Assembly (NCBI GenBank): GCA_951813565.1
Contig: OX638351.1
Location: forward strand, 4,256,001-4,320,000
DNA from: an uncultured Poribacteria bacterium
GTDB taxonomy: Bacteria; Poribacteria; WGA-4E; WGA-3G
Reading direction: 5' to 3'
Length of the DNA stretch: 64,000 nt
In this document: piece after piece, positions 61,792 through 64,000 of the stretch
How positions within the stretch are numbered: the first letter of the stretch is position 1
How the letters are laid out: each line of letters begins with the position of its first letter
Notes under the pieces: generated by a model
The model's database searches: none
Told to the model about the DNA's origin: nothing
What the model saw: only the letters and a program-made list of their open reading frames with translations
Position numbers and translations under genes: made by a program

Positions 61792-63093
61792 TTATTCTTT
61801 TCGTAGGGCTTCAATAGGGGAAAGCATAGATGCTTTGATTGCTGGATACAATCCAAAAGATATTCCGATTGCAGCGGAAAATAATACTGAAATCAAAACC
61901 CACTGTGCAGAAACAACTGCAGGCCATTCAGGCACAATTTTAGCGATCTTAACTGCGATAACTGACATGCTTTCACCAACGAAAATACCTAAACCGATAC
62001 CTATAATTCCGCCGACTGCACACATTGTAATTGACTCAATGAGAAATTGAAACATTATGTCAAGTGGTTTTGCGCCGAGTGCTTTCCGCAAACCGATCTC
62101 ACGCGTGCGCTCTGTTACTGCAACTAACATCATGTTCATAATGCCAATACCGCCAACAAGCAATGAAAAACCAGCGATACTACCCAATGCGATTTTAATC
62201 ATCTTGCTTATTTTTTCCAGCTGCCGTATGCCTTTCCGCATCTCATAGATTTTGACGAAATTGTCTTCGCCTTTATGCCGGCTGCGGATCACTTCTTTTA
62301 CTTCTCGAACTGCATTAGGAACATCCTCAACAGTGTTTGCGTAGACCACGATTTCTTGAATCTTATCATCACCAGTGAAACGTTCTTGAGTGGTTGTTAT
62401 CGGAAAAAAGACCATGCTATCAAAACTCCAACCGAATCGCAGACTTCTACCTCTTGGCATCATTGTGCCTACAACCGTGAACCTTTCGGTTATACGTCTA
62501 CTACGTCTCTTTCCCCGATGATCATAATATCTTACACGCCGGGCCATTTTTATCTCCTGCCCAAGAGGAGATTTGTTGCCGAATAGATCGGTTGCCACCT
62601 CATCGCCAAGCACGCAAATTTTGGCTGCGTTTTTTACGTCTTCATCTGTAATAAATCGTCCATCTTGCAGTTTCCAATCCATTGCAGTTTTAAAAGATGA
62701 ATCTACACCGTTATATCCAGCACGGGTTTCAGCACCACCAGGGGCTTGGATTAATATTCCTTTCCAATCTCGTATCCTTGGGGTGACATCACTCACCGTG
62801 GGACATTCCGCTTTAATGGCAAGCACATCGCCGTAGTTTAGATATTCCTTTGTGCGGATTGGGATGTTGTGTTTTCCAAGTTTTTTCTTTGACCTGCGGT
62901 ATAAAGTGAACTGGTTCGCACCACCGAGTTTTTGTGCATCTTGCAGGACAATCTCTTTTGCGCCATCTCCGATAGCTATCATTGCAAGCACTGCCGCTAT
63001 ACCGATTATTATGCCAAGCATCGTTAGTAACGAACGCATCTTGTTGGCACGTATCGCGGCGATTCCAATGGATAGCCCTTCAATTAAACTCAT
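61792..63093 (-). CDS. MacB-like ABC permease
   Basis: Close paralogue of the two preceding permeases. Confidence 0.92.
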   Translation of the reverse strand: MSLIEGLSIGIAAIRANKMRSLLTMLGIIIGIAAVLAMIAIGDGAKEIVLQDAQKLGGANQFTLYRRSKKKLGKHNIPIRTKEYLNYGDVLAIKAECPTVSDVTPRIRDWKGILIQAPGGAETRAGYNGVDSSFKTAMDWKLQDGRFITDEDVKNAAKICVLGDEVATDLFGNKSPLGQEIKMARRVRYYDHRGKRRSRRITERFTVVGTMMPRGRSLRFGWSFDSMVFFPITTTQERFTGDDKIQEIVVYANTVEDVPNAVREVKEVIRSRHKGEDNFVKIYEMRKGIRQLEKISKMIKIALGSIAGFSLLVGGIGIMNMMLVAVTERTREIGLRKALGAKPLDIMFQFLIESITMCAVGGIIGIGLGIFVGESMSVIAVKIAKIVPEWPAVVSAQWVLISVLFSAAIGISFGLYPAIKASMLSPIEALRKE

Positions 63094-63136
63094 ATAAACT
63101 TCTCAACTTTCGCATATCATTACACAAAATACGTGT

Positions 63137-63228
63137 GTCATAGGTACCCACTACCTAAAGGTAGGGGCTTGTGCTTCCTCGCGACTGCGGTTTTCGCTTA
63201 GCGTCCACCGTCTTATTGTCGCTCCACT
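63137..63228 (-). ncRNA. IS200/IS605 right end; 3' part of predicted TnpB omega/reRNA
   Basis: Minus strand aagcccctacctttaggtagtgggtacctatgac subterminal hairpin downstream of the tnpB stop. Confidence 0.6.
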
Positions 63229-64000
63229 TTAGGCAGCCAAGCCTGCCCGTTTGATATTGATAGCAGCGTTGGTGTCTCTGTCGTGGTGTGACCCACATTC
63301 GGGACATGTCCACTGCCTATCAGAAAGAGAGAGTTCTTTGTTATGGTATCCACAATCACTACAAGGTTTTGTTGTTGCTATCCATTGCGAGATTCGCACA
63401 AGTTTTTTGCCGTGCTTCGCACACTTCTGTTCCAATATCTGAAGAAACTGGTAGAAAGAATGGTCAGAAACTTTACGTCCCCATAATCGTTTCATACCGT
63501 CAAGGTTCAGCGTTTCAAAAATGAGTGTGTCAAACTCTACACAAAGTTTTGAGGCAAGTTTCCATTGCCAATCTTCTCTTTGTCGTGCCACCTTTCTGTG
63601 TTGTCTTGCCAAAGCACGACACACACGATACCAATTGCTTGAACCTTTAACCTTACGACTCAGTGTTTTGTTTAGAGATTGCAGCGTCTTGAGTGATTGC
63701 TTGAAAAATTCTGGTGATTCTATCTTGTTGCCTTCGTCGCTTGTGAGGAATGTTTTGTTTCCGTAATCAAATCCTGCGCTCTTACCCGTCTTAGACTTAG
63801 GTTCGGAATCGTCAACATTCTCGCACGAAAAGCATATCCAATAGTCACCGCACCTATCGCGTTTGATGGTGATTGTCTTGATAGTTCCTTTGAAATCACG
63901 GTGTTTGTGGTAGGAAAACCATGTGTCTATACAATTGATTTTGATACGCTTATCTTCCAATGTATAGCCAGCTTGAGTGAATGTCATAGAATTGTATTTG
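63229..64000 (-). CDS. tnpB: TnpB RNA-guided endonuclease (N-terminus beyond the window)
   Basis: RuvC-I GFDYG, RuvC-II IFETL, CSDC/CPEC zinc finger, RuvC-III DRDTNAAINI; frame open to base 64000. Confidence 0.93.
   Translation of the reverse strand, partial: KYNSMTFTQAGYTLEDKRIKINCIDTWFSYHKHRDFKGTIKTITIKRDRCGDYWICFSCENVDDSEPKSKTGKSAGFDYGNKTFLTSDEGNKIESPEFFKQSLKTLQSLNKTLSRKVKGSSNWYRVCRALARQHRKVARQREDWQWKLASKLCVEFDTLIFETLNLDGMKRLWGRKVSDHSFYQFLQILEQKCAKHGKKLVRISQWIATTKPCSDCGYHNKELSLSDRQWTCPECGSHHDRDTNAAINIKRAGLAA

Noticed and set aside
1..64000. tRNA or rRNA genes, reverse transcriptase, prophage structural genes
   Set aside because: None recognised by eye; tRNAscan and Infernal were not run

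Overview
64-kb window of a bacterial chromosome, probably Candidatus Poribacteria. This is inferred from several phytanoyl-CoA dioxygenases, LamG-type secreted proteins ending in a K-L-x-T-T-W-x-x-L-K tail, a WD40 protein and a sulfatase. Core genes include glcD, kamA, disA, purC, argH, pyrF, yebC-ruvC-ruvA-ruvB-queA-yajC and maf, plus an RND pump and a MacA-like gene with four MacB-like permeases. Accessory DNA includes an AAA_21-type ATPase plus TOPRIM-like (DUF4276) pair, a TcmP plus DUF5131 pair, a truncated ISKra4-like transposase, a degenerate IS630 and a TnpB with its right end. Several things are missed by the ORF track. (1) Three split ORFs at 40720-41736 join into one secreted tandem peroxiredoxin with two in-frame UGA codons at the catalytic Cys positions, each followed 14 nt later by a hairpin, so it is a probable double-selenocysteine protein. 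(2) The intergenic regions hold a nested hierarchy of small mobile elements. A ~34-bp hairpin plus GTTGATTTG micro-element with covarying stems inserts at C^G steps inside REP-like palindromes and inside itself. IS231/IS186-like MITEs make 19-bp duplications in REP hairpins, and other MITEs share ends with the local IS630. (3) There are several pseudogenes and fragments. All calls come from reading the sequence; no searches were run.
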